Below are positions 20,520-29,850 of a stretch of DNA of 64,000 nt, in pieces; the stretch's first letter is position 1, and each line of letters starts with the position of its first letter. The position numbers and the translations under genes are program-made. The DNA lies in the IMG/VR virus record IMGVR_UViG_3300047499_000113, positions 124,001 to 188,000 of that record. The stretch is one strand, 5' to 3'. A model generated the notes under the pieces. The model saw nothing but the letters and a program-made list of their open reading frames with translations. It did no database searches and was not told the origin of the DNA.

Positions 20520-21290
20520 CTACGCATTCGGGGCGGCCTGGGGAGCGATGTAGGCGCTGATATCCACGCCCGAAGAGTGGGCTCCCGTGGCCAGCTGGAT
20601 GGCCGTCGAACGCGCCGTGTCAGGGTCCATGCCCTGCGTCCGAAGGAAAATATAGAGGTTGAGCCAAGCCCCGTCCGCGTGACCGAAGTAGTGGTGCGCG
20701 TAGATCCCCGGCGCCAGGCTATTGCATGGCGCGTACGGACCCATCACTAGGGTGTTGCCGTTCAGGCCGCGAAATGTGAGGGGAATAGTCAGGTTGGACG
20801 CCGGCGTCAGCATCCAGAGTACCAGCTTGAAAACTGACTCTGCTTGCTCCGGTGTAGGGACCAGGTACTTGCCGCCGGCTGCCCAAGGAGCGTTGGTGAT
20901 GATGTCCTTCCACGGACTATTCTTGGGAGCCAAGCTGGGTTCGTAAGGGTTGACAGTCTCTATTCCGACTGACGGGCCATTGTGCTGGCTCCCATGCCAC
21001 AGCTCATCGGTCAGCAAATCCCCGTGCTGGTAGATGGTGCCGTCGTAGTCGGCGATGAAGTGGACACCGAGCCCACGGCCGCCAGGATTCGACGGCGACG
21101 ACGGCATCAGGACTTGTACGGTCTCTTGCCAACTCGACGTAACAGTCTCGTGCACCACCGCTTCGGTCACGGGACCAGTACGTTTCTGGTTGACGAACCT
21201 GTAGACCGAGGGGTCGGTGAAGTTCTTCAGGCGCACACCATCGGGCCCCTCGAGCGCAACCCCGTTGACGATGACACCAGCAGCAACCAT
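20520..21290 (-). CDS. N-acetylmuramoyl-L-alanine amidase (Amidase_2-type; endolysin or virion lysin)
   Basis: AVVHET, GVHFIADYDGTIYQ, WHG...NGPSVGIE and YAHH. The ORF-track N-terminus is the antisense of the 2H gene, so the start was set at 21290. Confidence 0.82.
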   Translation of the reverse strand: MVAAGVIVNGVALEGPDGVRLKNFTDPSVYRFVNQKRTGPVTEAVVHETVTSSWQETVQVLMPSSPSNPGGRGLGVHFIADYDGTIYQHGDLLTDELWHGSQHNGPSVGIETVNPYEPSLAPKNSPWKDIITNAPWAAGGKYLVPTPEQAESVFKLVLWMLTPASNLTIPLTFRGLNGNTLVMGPYAPCNSLAPGIYAHHYFGHADGAWLNLYIFLRTQGMDPDTARSTAIQLATGAHSSGVDISAYIAPQAAPNA

Positions 21291-21332
21291 CACAGCCAAA
21301 ATGGGTATCGGACCTTTATCACGGGCGGAGAC

Positions 21333-21842
21333 GTGGCGTTCATAGGGATGCGGCTGCCATCGATCGCAGCGACCAATCTTTCGGAGATTCCCGTCCCCGG
21401 CGAAGCGACACCACTGCGTGAAATGCATGTGACGTTGGCTTTCTTGGGAAACCAAGTGCCGATGGAGCAGGTATTCCGGTCCCTCGCGTGCTGCTACCTG
21501 GTTGCGCAGGAGTACGCACCTCTCGAGCTGACTGCAGCACTGTTGATGAGCTTTCCGGCCGACCCGGAAGGGCGAATCCCGGTCATCGCTCGAATAGTGA
21601 CCCCGCAGCTCTTCGACATGAGAGCGCGTTTGGTCCAGTTGCTTGAAATGAATAAGGTGGAGTATTCCAAGCGCCACCCGCAGTACAAACCACATGTGAC
21701 GCTGTCGTACGCGCAGCAGGCAGTGCCACCGCAGAAGATCAAACCGCTACGCTGGCCGGCACAGTGGCTCACAGTGTGGGGCGGCGACGAAGCGGATCAG
21801 CTTTTCTCTGCGGAAATAGAACTCCGCGGGCAGAAACGCTGA
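21333..21842 (+). CDS. 2H phosphoesterase (LigT/ThpR or Acb1-like)
   Basis: Two HxT motifs, MHVTLAFLG and YKPHVTLSY, about 80 aa apart. Start uncertain (GTG 21333 or ATG 21348). Confidence 0.88.
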   Translation: MAFIGMRLPSIAATNLSEIPVPGEATPLREMHVTLAFLGNQVPMEQVFRSLACCYLVAQEYAPLELTAALLMSFPADPEGRIPVIARIVTPQLFDMRARLVQLLEMNKVEYSKRHPQYKPHVTLSYAQQAVPPQKIKPLRWPAQWLTVWGGDEADQLFSAEIELRGQKR

Positions 21843-21854
21843 CGCTCTTATCCC

Positions 21855-22097
21855 GTGTTGTGGCGAATGGCTGCAACAGCCAAACGCTCAGTTGCCAAGA
21901 CGATCGCCTCGATAGAGAGGCAAGGCGGCCTGCTCCTTCCGTGTGGGTGCGTGATAGGCGTGGAACTTGGCGGCATGCGAAGGCTCGTGGAAACCGTTGG
22001 ACCAGAGCCTGTGGTAGAAATCTTCCGCGACATCCAGTGCGCTATCCATCCACGTCGAATTCGCAGACGCGCGAAATCACGTCCGGCTAGTCCGTAA
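21855..22097 (+). CDS. Hypothetical small protein
   Basis: 80-aa ORF with LPCGC...C motif; start uncertain. Confidence 0.5.
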   Translation: MLWRMAATAKRSVAKTIASIERQGGLLLPCGCVIGVELGGMRRLVETVGPEPVVEIFRDIQCAIHPRRIRRRAKSRPASP

Positions 22098-22128
22098 GCT
22101 TCAGGCGTGTTGATGTAATGATCTGAAG

Positions 22129-22371
22129 ATGGGCGAGCTGAACGGGTGGACGAAACTCGGCGATAAGGTCGAGGGCAACGGCAAGTGGCGTCTTTTGAGG
22201 CACGGAGGCAAAACCTTCGATACCTTGAAGCCCAAGGGTGAGTGGCCGCCGGAGCAAGCCGAAAAGGCCACGCGCGAGTACCAGAAGCTGGCCGAAAACG
22301 TGAATATCGGCGGCTTGTGGCTTGTGGCTCCAGACGGCACAGTCGCCGCTCTCATCTTCCGCAATCGCTAG
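22129..22371 (+). CDS. Hypothetical small protein
   Basis: 80-aa ORF filling the gap with plausible codon use. Confidence 0.6.
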   Translation: MGELNGWTKLGDKVEGNGKWRLLRHGGKTFDTLKPKGEWPPEQAEKATREYQKLAENVNIGGLWLVAPDGTVAALIFRNR

Positions 22372-23081
22372 GCGTTCATCAGGTCTTCGACAAGGAATTC
22401 CTTCCAGGCTCGATGGAAGTCGTCCTCTTCGAGGAGTCCCGGAGGGATGTTCTTTTTGAGGAAAGCGACGAGTTCACCCGTGTACTTCATGCGGTGTTTC
22501 TCGCGGAACGCTTCGATGGCTTTGTCGAGCACGTGCTCGCGCTGAGCCTCCGTCCGAGCGTCGCGCACGGTCAGGTTAATGGAATCCTGCACCTTGTACA
22601 GGACTTCGTTGCTGACCATTTTGTTCAAGATCTCGAACGCCGCTTTCTTGCTCAGAAGCACCTGGATGGACACCTTGGACTTGAACGAGTCGAAGAGTCG
22701 ATCGACAACACCGGACGCGTAGTCTTGGAAGCTCTTGGCCTTGATGCGACCCTTGTGATGCGACGTCTTGATTATCGCGTAGACATGCAGGTCGGCGACG
22801 ATGCGCTTCTCCGAGTTCAAGCGCACGTCGGTCTGAACTGAAGGTGCCACGACCTGAGCGTCCGCAAGCTGACGAGCGAACACCGCAAAGTTGGGCTCGA
22901 GCTGCTCCATGTAAACGATCGATTCCGCGTCTTTGCACAGAGCTGGATAAATAAGCCGGTACGCTGTCTGCATGCGCTTGTCTGCTTGGAGAGCAAGCAC
23001 CTGCACGAGCTGCTGACGGAGATCGACCGCCGCGGCCAGGACATCAATGAACCTCTGGCGAGCGTAATCTAGTGTATGCAC
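22368..23081 (-). CDS. Hypothetical protein with C-terminal tag (AWKEFLVEDLMNA)
   Basis: 237 aa. The C-terminus matches the shared VxxVMES-type motif. Confidence 0.7.
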   Translation of the reverse strand: MHTLDYARQRFIDVLAAAVDLRQQLVQVLALQADKRMQTAYRLIYPALCKDAESIVYMEQLEPNFAVFARQLADAQVVAPSVQTDVRLNSEKRIVADLHVYAIIKTSHHKGRIKAKSFQDYASGVVDRLFDSFKSKVSIQVLLSKKAAFEILNKMVSNEVLYKVQDSINLTVRDARTEAQREHVLDKAIEAFREKHRMKYTGELVAFLKKNIPPGLLEEDDFHRAWKEFLVEDLMNA

Positions 23082-23642
23082 GATCTTCCCGAGAAGGAGT
23101 TACGCGAGACCCTACAGCAGCTACGTGATACTGAACAAGTCGTCCGGCTGGCAGTGGACGACGGCCTCGGAGAGAGCATGTTTCCTGGTCTCGTCAGTGC
23201 CATCGAGGGACGCCCAGCATCCGCCAAGGCCATTGCGAACGAGATAGGAACGGATTCTATCTTTCTCGGGATGATGCTCCAGGAGAAGACCAAGGCGCAG
23301 GTGCTCCAGATCGTGCAGCAGACTCTTGCGCGCGGGGAGAAGATCCTCGCTGACAAAGTGAAGCCCGACGACCGCGAAGAGGTCCTCGCCGGCGAGAACT
23401 TTGGCGTGGTGTTCATGCCACCAGAGCTGCTGCGCCAGCTATGGGGCCTCGGAGAGGCGGTTGTGCACTTTCAGGAAGGGAAGAGCGAATCCAAGCGCGT
23501 GGAGCCACGAGCCATCAACGTGATGATGCTCGCCGCGCAGTGGGTTCGCGACGCCAGAACACGTTGGGGACTCCCCGACAGAGTAGAGAAGGTAGAGGTG
23601 GCTCCCCTATTGAAAGAGCCGCCCATGGAGCCGCCGTTCTAG
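23076..23642 (+). CDS. Hypothetical protein
   Basis: 188 aa. TAATCT 5 nt before the ATG. Confidence 0.7.
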   Translation: MHDLPEKELRETLQQLRDTEQVVRLAVDDGLGESMFPGLVSAIEGRPASAKAIANEIGTDSIFLGMMLQEKTKAQVLQIVQQTLARGEKILADKVKPDDREEVLAGENFGVVFMPPELLRQLWGLGEAVVHFQEGKSESKRVEPRAINVMMLAAQWVRDARTRWGLPDRVEKVEVAPLLKEPPMEPPF

Positions 23643-23953
23643 TGGATCTGCATCCGAATGGGCCGCAGGTTCTGCTTGACCTGGTCCATCTTATCCTCAA
23701 GCAATTCCCGCCGATCAGTCACTTCCTCATGGTGCATAGTCACGAGCTTGAGGATGGTCTCGAGAGCAGAATATGCGCCCTCGAGGAGCTTCACGGCTCG
23801 TTGTGGGTTGTCGCGTGAGGCCGCCTGAGTGAGAAGGTCGAGCTGACGCTTCAACTGCGTAATGATTTCTTCGACTTTGTCCGACTCGATGGGCGTGTCC
23901 TCTTCGGGGTCACCAGCAGCTACACGCGCGGCGATTTGCAGGAACCGGCCCAT
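23639..23953 (-). CDS. Small helical protein with N-terminal IAARVAA motif (probable internal head protein)
   Basis: Begins MGRFLQIAARVAAGDPEED. Confidence 0.7.
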   Translation of the reverse strand: MGRFLQIAARVAAGDPEEDTPIESDKVEEIITQLKRQLDLLTQAASRDNPQRAVKLLEGAYSALETILKLVTMHHEEVTDRRELLEDKMDQVKQNLRPIRMQIH

Positions 23954-24017
23954 CGGGGTATACTACTCTTGGACACAAAGGGTCGGAAATACGACCAGGT
24001 GGATAGTATCGAGGGAC

Positions 24018-24287
24018 ATGCGCAAAATCCCCATGCTCAAGTCGGTGCCTCTGGCTCCGAAGGTGTCGGTCGGGGTGCGCCGGCTCGCCGAGGGTTTGTA
24101 CAGGGTCCTTCTCGAGGACCTGACTCAGCGCCAAGCCTCCTACTTCGAAGTTGGAACCCTGCGCGACGGCGCCCTGACAGTCGGCGCCAATCCGCGGGGC
24201 CAAGCGGCAGTCAAGATGCCGGAGTTTCCGGCGGCGATTCAGGAGCTTTCGGACTTCACGACCGTTGACACGGTCATGTCAGAATAG
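24018..24287 (+). CDS. Hypothetical protein with C-terminal tag (DFTTVDTVMSE)
   Basis: Start set at ATG 24018 (GAGG upstream) to avoid overlap with the 23953 gene. Confidence 0.6.
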   Translation: MRKIPMLKSVPLAPKVSVGVRRLAEGLYRVLLEDLTQRQASYFEVGTLRDGALTVGANPRGQAAVKMPEFPAAIQELSDFTTVDTVMSE

Positions 24288-25230
24288 CGATCACTGACTC
24301 GAGATCCGCAGTCACCGCGGCAATGGACGGGCGGGAAGCCTGCTCCACGTTGTTCGCGATGATACGCAGGATGTCGGCCACCGAAGACGGTCCAGCCGAC
24401 AGTTTCGTCTTCTTCGGGTCGAAGGTCATGCCCGTGTCTTTGAGCTGCTGCAGAAGCTCGCCCTTCTTCGAAGCTCGCTCAGCGGGCGACTTGAACATGC
24501 CCTTCGCGAGCATGTCGAGATCCGGCGGACCGAACACGCCGTCGTTCTCGTCGACCATGTGATCGTAGAACGATTCGATGGAGCTGTACGGCCCCGAAAG
24601 GTCCGCCTTCTCTTGCTCGAGCTGCTTCTCGCCCTTCTGGCGAACTTGCTGCTGCTCCTTGTACTTCTGGACCTTCTTCTGCACCGCCTTCGATTTGGAC
24701 TCGAAAGGCGGGTGAGCGACAATGTGCTGGACGAGGTCTTGGACGCCGGCGCCTACGCGTCCGAAGTCCTGCTCCTGCCCAGTGTCCTCGTCCTTGGTCC
24801 AGCTCGGATTGCCCTTCGCATCGAAGTTGATGTCGTAGGTACCGAGGTCGGTCTCCATCGAATACTTGCCCTCGCCAGACGCGCCGGGCAACTTGTGGTA
24901 ATATCCGACCTCAAGGTGGACAGTGTTGGCCTCTCCGGGCTTCGGATTGACGGCAAGGTTTCCCTTGACCAGCAGGCCACCGAGGATGCCGTTGTTGCTC
25001 AGCTCCGAGGGCTTCCCCGGGAAGGAGAAGTTCAGGCCGCTCCAGCCGAAGCCTGCAGACGGGTCTTCTCCGCGAGTGTCCCACTGCCAGTCGATGCCCG
25101 GCACGACTGCATCGACAAGTGGCCTCACGAGGTCTGAAATGGAGACCGCAGTCTCCTTGCTCATGGACACGATCTCGTCGGCCAGGCGCAGACGAGTATA
25201 CGTCGCGGCGAGTTTCTCCCAAACGGGCAT
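24274..25230 (-). CDS. Probable internal head protein with C-terminal VAxILRxIA...PS...V..DL module
   Basis: 318 aa. TAGGCTGTTTAT motif upstream. Module shared with 16171-16578. Confidence 0.7.
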   Translation of the reverse strand: MPVWEKLAATYTRLRLADEIVSMSKETAVSISDLVRPLVDAVVPGIDWQWDTRGEDPSAGFGWSGLNFSFPGKPSELSNNGILGGLLVKGNLAVNPKPGEANTVHLEVGYYHKLPGASGEGKYSMETDLGTYDINFDAKGNPSWTKDEDTGQEQDFGRVGAGVQDLVQHIVAHPPFESKSKAVQKKVQKYKEQQQVRQKGEKQLEQEKADLSGPYSSIESFYDHMVDENDGVFGPPDLDMLAKGMFKSPAERASKKGELLQQLKDTGMTFDPKKTKLSAGPSSVADILRIIANNVEQASRPSIAAVTADLESVIAILT

Positions 25231-25243
25231 ATCCCCGCAGGAG

Positions 25244-25255
25244 ATAAACAGCCTA
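25244..25255 (-). promoter_or_regulatory. Putative phage late-promoter motif TAGGCTGTTTAT (representative copy)
   Basis: Near-identical copies precede many virion genes (54643-54654, 55593-55604, 44162-44173, 12191-12202, 11113-11124 and others). Confidence 0.55.
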
Positions 25256-25789
25256 GGTCAGGTCGACGAGCTGGAAGTACCGAGACGGAACGTGGTCGGT
25301 GAGCCAGACTCCGTTGGTCGACAGGAAGAACTTGTAGCCGTCACGGAACATCTGGTCTGTCCAAATCTCGAGAACTATCGGGTTGCGACGACGCCGAGCC
25401 ACGATGAGGGCAGTCTTCACGTCCGGAGACATGTGGACGTGGTGACGCTGCATCTTCTTCAGGCCCTCTTGCTCGAGAACATCGAGGATGTCCTTCGACG
25501 TGCCGTGATACAGGCAATCCGGTGGTTCCTTCTCTTCGTACTCGAGGTCGACTTCCACCGAATGACCCTGGCAGGCACGAATGCGAGTCTTGTCCTCGTT
25601 GAATTCGAACCGCTTCTTGTTGTTGTCGCGAACGACCGCCTCGAGGTCGTCCATTGACCATTTCATCGCCGGCAGGAGCGCAGCGACTTCGACCCATCCA
25701 GCCGAATCGAGCGTGAGGCCGACGCTCTCGGGCTGATGGCGGAGCACCAGGCTCAGATGCTTGCTCTTGTGGACGAGAGGGTCTTTCAT
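25253..25789 (-). CDS. kptA: RNA 2'-phosphotransferase (KptA/Tpt1)
   Basis: SKHLSLVLRH, NNKKRF, RIRACQGHS, LYHGT, GLKKMQRHHVHMS and NGVWLTDHVP are the canonical Tpt1 motifs. Confidence 0.95.
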   Translation of the reverse strand: MKDPLVHKSKHLSLVLRHQPESVGLTLDSAGWVEVAALLPAMKWSMDDLEAVVRDNNKKRFEFNEDKTRIRACQGHSVEVDLEYEEKEPPDCLYHGTSKDILDVLEQEGLKKMQRHHVHMSPDVKTALIVARRRRNPIVLEIWTDQMFRDGYKFFLSTNGVWLTDHVPSRYFQLVDLT

Positions 25790-25825
25790 GGCGGAAAGTA
25801 CGCTCGAGCCGTTGTACCGTCGCGA
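25790..25825. promoter_or_regulatory. Back-to-back leaderless -10 promoters for kptA and the 25826 gene
   Basis: TACTTT (minus) and TACCGT (plus), each exactly 5 nt from its start codon, with no SD. Confidence 0.55.
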
Positions 25826-26149
25826 ATGACTCTCCCGCGCAAAGGCAGCCGCAGTGTCGCCGTCGATGGGCGCATGTTCCGTTGGATGCTATCGGACCCT
25901 CGTAAACGTGAGGTCGAGGGAGATCCGATGCGGACCCGATGCCTTGCCACTCTCACCGTCCAAGAAGACGTGGAGGAGCCGGGTCATGTCTTGCAGCACG
26001 AACTTTCCTGGCTCGAGCACAACTCGGTCACACCCGAAGTCGTCAGGACCGTTGTCCGGCGCGCGATGGATGCTGGTTGGAATCCGTCCTCCAAGAGCGC
26101 TTTCCGCCTCAACAATCAGCGCGTCATCGTCGAAAACATCATGACGTGA
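25826..26149 (+). CDS. Hypothetical protein with C-terminal tag (RVIVENIMT)
   Basis: Begins MTLPRKGSRSVAVDGRMFRW. TACCGT 5 nt before the ATG, divergent from kptA. Confidence 0.7.
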   Translation: MTLPRKGSRSVAVDGRMFRWMLSDPRKREVEGDPMRTRCLATLTVQEDVEEPGHVLQHELSWLEHNSVTPEVVRTVVRRAMDAGWNPSSKSAFRLNNQRVIVENIMT

Positions 26150-26170
26150 GTTTTTGTCCCGCATCTCTGT

Positions 26171-26854
26171 ATGCGGGCAAGATTCATCCAGCAGATCGGC
26201 ATTCGAGGTCAGCTACGGATCTTTTGGGACAGGGTCCGCGTCACGAAGCTCTACGAAGACGGGTACTACTCGCGCGAGCATCTCAACGACTGCCCGAAGT
26301 CGTACGGGCGTGAAGGCTCGGCAGGTATCCACAACGCCTATCACGAGCTGGGTGACAAAACCGGAACCGAAGACTACAACTGCTTCGGCAAGGTCGAAGA
26401 CTATCCGCCTGAGATGTGGCCAACAGCTTGTGCCTACTGCAACAAGCTCGTCCCGCCCAAGCAAATCCCCGTACGTGTCGGAGACGAAATCAACGACATC
26501 ACCCACCAAGTTTTCACGAGCCGGCTCTACAACAATGCCTCCGGCAGGCCCGAGCCTGGCGACGTGTATTGGGTCAGGTGGCACGAGCCCGGGAAGTGCC
26601 CGAATTGGGACAACTGCGATGGGATGCACCTTTACGGCGTGCTACCGACCGGATTCGATTGGGATATCGACGGTCGTGCGAGCAACTGCACACTGCCGAA
26701 CGACAGGCAACATCGGTGTTGGGTGCGGACGGGCTCTCCAGAAGCCGGAACGCTACACGTCGACAAGAATGGACACACCTGCGCCGCGGGCGCCGGTTCC
26801 ATCATGACGAAGGAGTGGCATGGTTTCTTGCACCACTTCGACTGGCACACATGA
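26171..26854 (+). CDS. Cys/His-rich conserved phage protein (possibly DUF6527-like)
   Basis: WDIDGRASNC...HRCWVRTG...VDKNGHTCAAGAGSI...WHGFL; probable metal binding. Confidence 0.6.
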   Translation: MRARFIQQIGIRGQLRIFWDRVRVTKLYEDGYYSREHLNDCPKSYGREGSAGIHNAYHELGDKTGTEDYNCFGKVEDYPPEMWPTACAYCNKLVPPKQIPVRVGDEINDITHQVFTSRLYNNASGRPEPGDVYWVRWHEPGKCPNWDNCDGMHLYGVLPTGFDWDIDGRASNCTLPNDRQHRCWVRTGSPEAGTLHVDKNGHTCAAGAGSIMTKEWHGFLHHFDWHT

Positions 26855-27401
26855 GACTCCGGAGTTTTCTCCGGAGGACGTTGTAGTCGGTGTGGTAGAG
26901 GAACTTTCGTCTGTTGCACCACTGGCTACCCAATCCGTGGACGGCCATCCACGCCAGCGTGGCCGCATGCTTTGAGCTTCCTTCATAGTGCCATCGTTCA
27001 TGTTTCTCGGGAACGGGATCAGGGAGAAATACCAGCCCCGCTAGGGACCACATCTTGGCGTGCTCGCTGTACCCGAGACACCGATACGTAAGAATGAAGA
27101 GCCCGCCGGCGCTCACGGCGGCGACTCTGTGACGGAACCACTTGTGGAATCCGACAGGGCTACTCGCGTCAAACCCGTGCTCGGTCACGATGGCTTTTGC
27201 GGGGCCCGTGTACATAGCTTTGTCGCCGAACTGGTGAATGTCGAGCGACTGGTGCACGACCCAATACTTCTTACCATCCGAAACGAACTTGTCGGAGACG
27301 TCCGCAATGCCCTGCAAGTCGGGCGGGCCCACGTAGGCGTATGGCGCCTCGTACACAGGGAGCGCCCCATCGGGCAGTGCTCGAAAGTAAAACCGAGGCA
27401 T
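26802..27401 (-). CDS. Hypothetical protein
   Basis: Likely start MPRFYFRALP at 27401, overlapping the upstream stop (TGATG). Confidence 0.55.
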   Translation of the reverse strand: MPRFYFRALPDGALPVYEAPYAYVGPPDLQGIADVSDKFVSDGKKYWVVHQSLDIHQFGDKAMYTGPAKAIVTEHGFDASSPVGFHKWFRHRVAAVSAGGLFILTYRCLGYSEHAKMWSLAGLVFLPDPVPEKHERWHYEGSSKHAATLAWMAVHGLGSQWCNRRKFLYHTDYNVLRRKLRSLMCASRSGARNHATPSS

Positions 27402-27790
27402 CAGTTCGGAGCACGCACCCCGAGAATCGTCGCCATGTTGCGGTATGCGAATGCAGTCGGACCGACATGCCGGGGAAAGGGCGACCGGAGACCGGCTTCG
27501 ACGAGAAACACGGCCATGTTGTTGCAGGTCCACTCGATCTGGAGTTCCACGTGACGGATCTTCCAGAATTCCGGCGTGGCGAGTTTGCCCTCATTCGCGC
27601 GACGGCGCGCGTCCTCGATGTTCCGTTGGGCCTCGTCCAGGAGCTTGAACAGCTCGTCGGGCGTCTTGTTGCGACATGACTCGAACCCCTGGATGGAGCC
27701 CTCGAGCTTGTGCGGCTGGTCTTTGTACGTCTTCTTGCACCCATCGATACCGCGACGGATCACGGCGTCGAGCGCGGCCAGATATTCCAT
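27401..27790 (-). CDS. Hypothetical protein
   Basis: ~129 aa. TAATCT 6 nt before the ATG at 27790. Confidence 0.65.
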   Translation of the reverse strand: MEYLAALDAVIRRGIDGCKKTYKDQPHKLEGSIQGFESCRNKTPDELFKLLDEAQRNIEDARRRANEGKLATPEFWKIRHVELQIEWTCNNMAVFLVEAGLRSPFPRHVGPTAFAYRNMATILGVRAPN

Positions 27791-27799
27791 CAAGAGAGA

Positions 27800-28090
27800 T
27801 TACAAGGCAGGGCCGGCGATTTCCCAACCCTTGTCGGCCTTGCGCAGGAAATGTAGCCCCTCGACGGGTACATCGTTCACGGATTCGATGCCGACCTCGA
27901 GGTCATCCTTGGTTTTGGGGATGTCGTTGGGGTAGGCGGGCTCTTTGAAGAGCTTGACTTTATGCTGACCGAGGAGACTGCGAACGTGATCGACGTTGTG
28001 CGCCTCGGCCAGAGCCTGATTGACCGTTTCGAATCCCGGCGACTGCGCGGCGACGCGAGATGCAATCGCAAAGAGCCGCTTCTGATTCAT
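27800..28090 (-). CDS. Small protein with N-terminal IASRVAA motif (probable internal head protein)
   Basis: Begins MNQKRLFAIASRVAAQ. GGGCTTCTAT motif and AGGA upstream. Confidence 0.7.
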   Translation of the reverse strand: MNQKRLFAIASRVAAQSPGFETVNQALAEAHNVDHVRSLLGQHKVKLFKEPAYPNDIPKTKDDLEVGIESVNDVPVEGLHFLRKADKGWEIAGPAL

Positions 28091-28131
28091 TTGTCCTGAT
28101 GAGGGATAGAAGCCCAAACGTAGGATCGAGA

Positions 28132-28584
28132 ATGGAACTGCTCTGCACGGCGAAATCGGCGGTGGATGGGGACAGCACGATTGAATGCCATGTCTTCATG
28201 CTCAGGGACTGGAGGATAGAGCCAGGCGCTACCCTCGAGCAACGGCGTGGTGATGAGGTCATCGCCACATGGGAACTCGTGGTGCAGACGGGCAAGAGCC
28301 TCATCCTCAAGAAGGGTACAACCCCGGCCGAGTCCATCGAGTTGGCGGATGAATTCTACGTGCAGCCGCCCGTTATCGAGCAACCGGTTACGATGCAAGC
28401 CACAATCCCTGTGCTGCTGTTCGGGGGCAAAAATTGGAAGCTCGCCTCACCCAAGAAGTGGGTGAAAGCAAACATCTCCGTCGAGGGATGTCCGCAAGTC
28501 GGCGAACTCAATATCGATGGGCAGGATTATGTAGTCATCAAGCTCGCTGAGGGCTTCGCTGCCCGTCCGCGAGCCGCCTCGTAA
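28132..28584 (+). CDS. Hypothetical protein
   Basis: Start at ATG 28132 (MELLCTAK), TAGGAT 5 nt upstream. Confidence 0.65.
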   Translation: MELLCTAKSAVDGDSTIECHVFMLRDWRIEPGATLEQRRGDEVIATWELVVQTGKSLILKKGTTPAESIELADEFYVQPPVIEQPVTMQATIPVLLFGGKNWKLASPKKWVKANISVEGCPQVGELNIDGQDYVVIKLAEGFAARPRAAS

Positions 28585-28614
28585 GTTGGGACCTATCCGG
28601 CGTACTCTTATCCC

Positions 28615-29808
28615 ATGGAGTTCTTTGCCGGCACCAGCGCGCAGCCCAGGGACTACCAGGGGCGAATCTGCAACAAGGTGCTGTCGATGCTCAACGGAAC
28701 GTGGACCGCGAAGGACGGTCACAGCCCAGGGCAGGCCAAGTCCGTCCTCATCGAGGCGCCTACCGGCTCGGGCAAGACCGTGATGGGCCTCGGGCTCGCG
28801 CAGTACGCCTTCCAGCACGGGCTGCGGGTGGGCTGGTGCGCGATGCGGCGCAACCTACTCCGGCAGGCGATCGACATGCGAGACCAGTTCGGCTTCCAGG
28901 TCCCGAACATGGCGCTGATCTCCATGTTCGAGCAGGACCCGCCGGATGATGTGGACTGGCTGTTCGTCGACGAGGCTCAGCACGACAGCACCGACAGCAT
29001 GGCGCACATCCACGCGCGTGTGAAGCCGGCGAAGGTCATCGGTCTGTCGGCTACGCCGTACCGCACGGACCGTGCGCAGCTCTCCTTCGAGCGCATCGTC
29101 AAGGACGTCGGTATCCACACCCTCATCCAAGAGGGATACCTGTCGCAGTACGACCACTACACCATCCCCAAGTATTCGCCCGAGTCGGTCGCCGAGCTGT
29201 TCCGGCGTCATCCGGACAAGTGGGGCAAGTCCGTGGCATTCTTCCTCACGATGGAGGAGTGTGAGCGTGCGCAGGCCGCTCTGAACGCAGTGGGAGTGCG
29301 CAACGAGGTGGTGTGGGGCGGTTCCAACAGGGAGGAGCAGATCGACGCCTTCCGCGAGGGAGACGTCCAGGTACTCGTCTCTATGAGCATCCTGTCCGAA
29401 GGCTTCGACGCCGAGGACATGCGGTCGGTGTTCATCCGGCCGTCGTCCCGCCTGCCGGCGGTGCAGATGGGCGGGAGGGTCCTGCGCATCTGCGAGCAGG
29501 AGCCCGTCAAGCAGATCATCCAGTGCCAGGACACCCACCACCCTTTCGTGAAGACGGCACGAGCCCGCCGGTCCTACATCCAGGTGGGGGAGAGTTTCCG
29601 GTCGCTCGCGCAGAACGAAAACGTAGACAGGATCGCCTCGGCCATGGCCCAGCAGGTTCTGCTGGCCGACGCCTCCCTGCCGCAGTTCATCTTGGACAAA
29701 TCCAAAAAGCTCCCGGGGCGTTTCGGAAGGGACGCCGAGCACGACAACGGCCGGTTCCCGGTCGCCGGCCGTAGATCTCGGAGACCCCGGCGTAGGCGTG
29801 GTGTATAA
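28615..29808 (+). CDS. Superfamily 2 (DEAD/DEAH-like) helicase
   Basis: Walker A APTGSGKT, motif II VDEAQH, motif III LSATP, motif V LSEGFD, motif VI QMGGRVLR. Confidence 0.93.
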   Translation: MEFFAGTSAQPRDYQGRICNKVLSMLNGTWTAKDGHSPGQAKSVLIEAPTGSGKTVMGLGLAQYAFQHGLRVGWCAMRRNLLRQAIDMRDQFGFQVPNMALISMFEQDPPDDVDWLFVDEAQHDSTDSMAHIHARVKPAKVIGLSATPYRTDRAQLSFERIVKDVGIHTLIQEGYLSQYDHYTIPKYSPESVAELFRRHPDKWGKSVAFFLTMEECERAQAALNAVGVRNEVVWGGSNREEQIDAFREGDVQVLVSMSILSEGFDAEDMRSVFIRPSSRLPAVQMGGRVLRICEQEPVKQIIQCQDTHHPFVKTARARRSYIQVGESFRSLAQNENVDRIASAMAQQVLLADASLPQFILDKSKKLPGRFGRDAEHDNGRFPVAGRRSRRPRRRRGV

Positions 29809-29850
29809 TCCCAGGAATTCCCCCTTCAGGGATACCCATCAGGAGGTCAC

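Noticed and set aside
20982-21695. Apparent long overlap between the amidase and 2H phosphoesterase ORFs
   Set aside because: Both ORF-track starts are over-extended. Plausible starts at 21290 (-) and ~21333 (+) make them divergent and non-overlapping.
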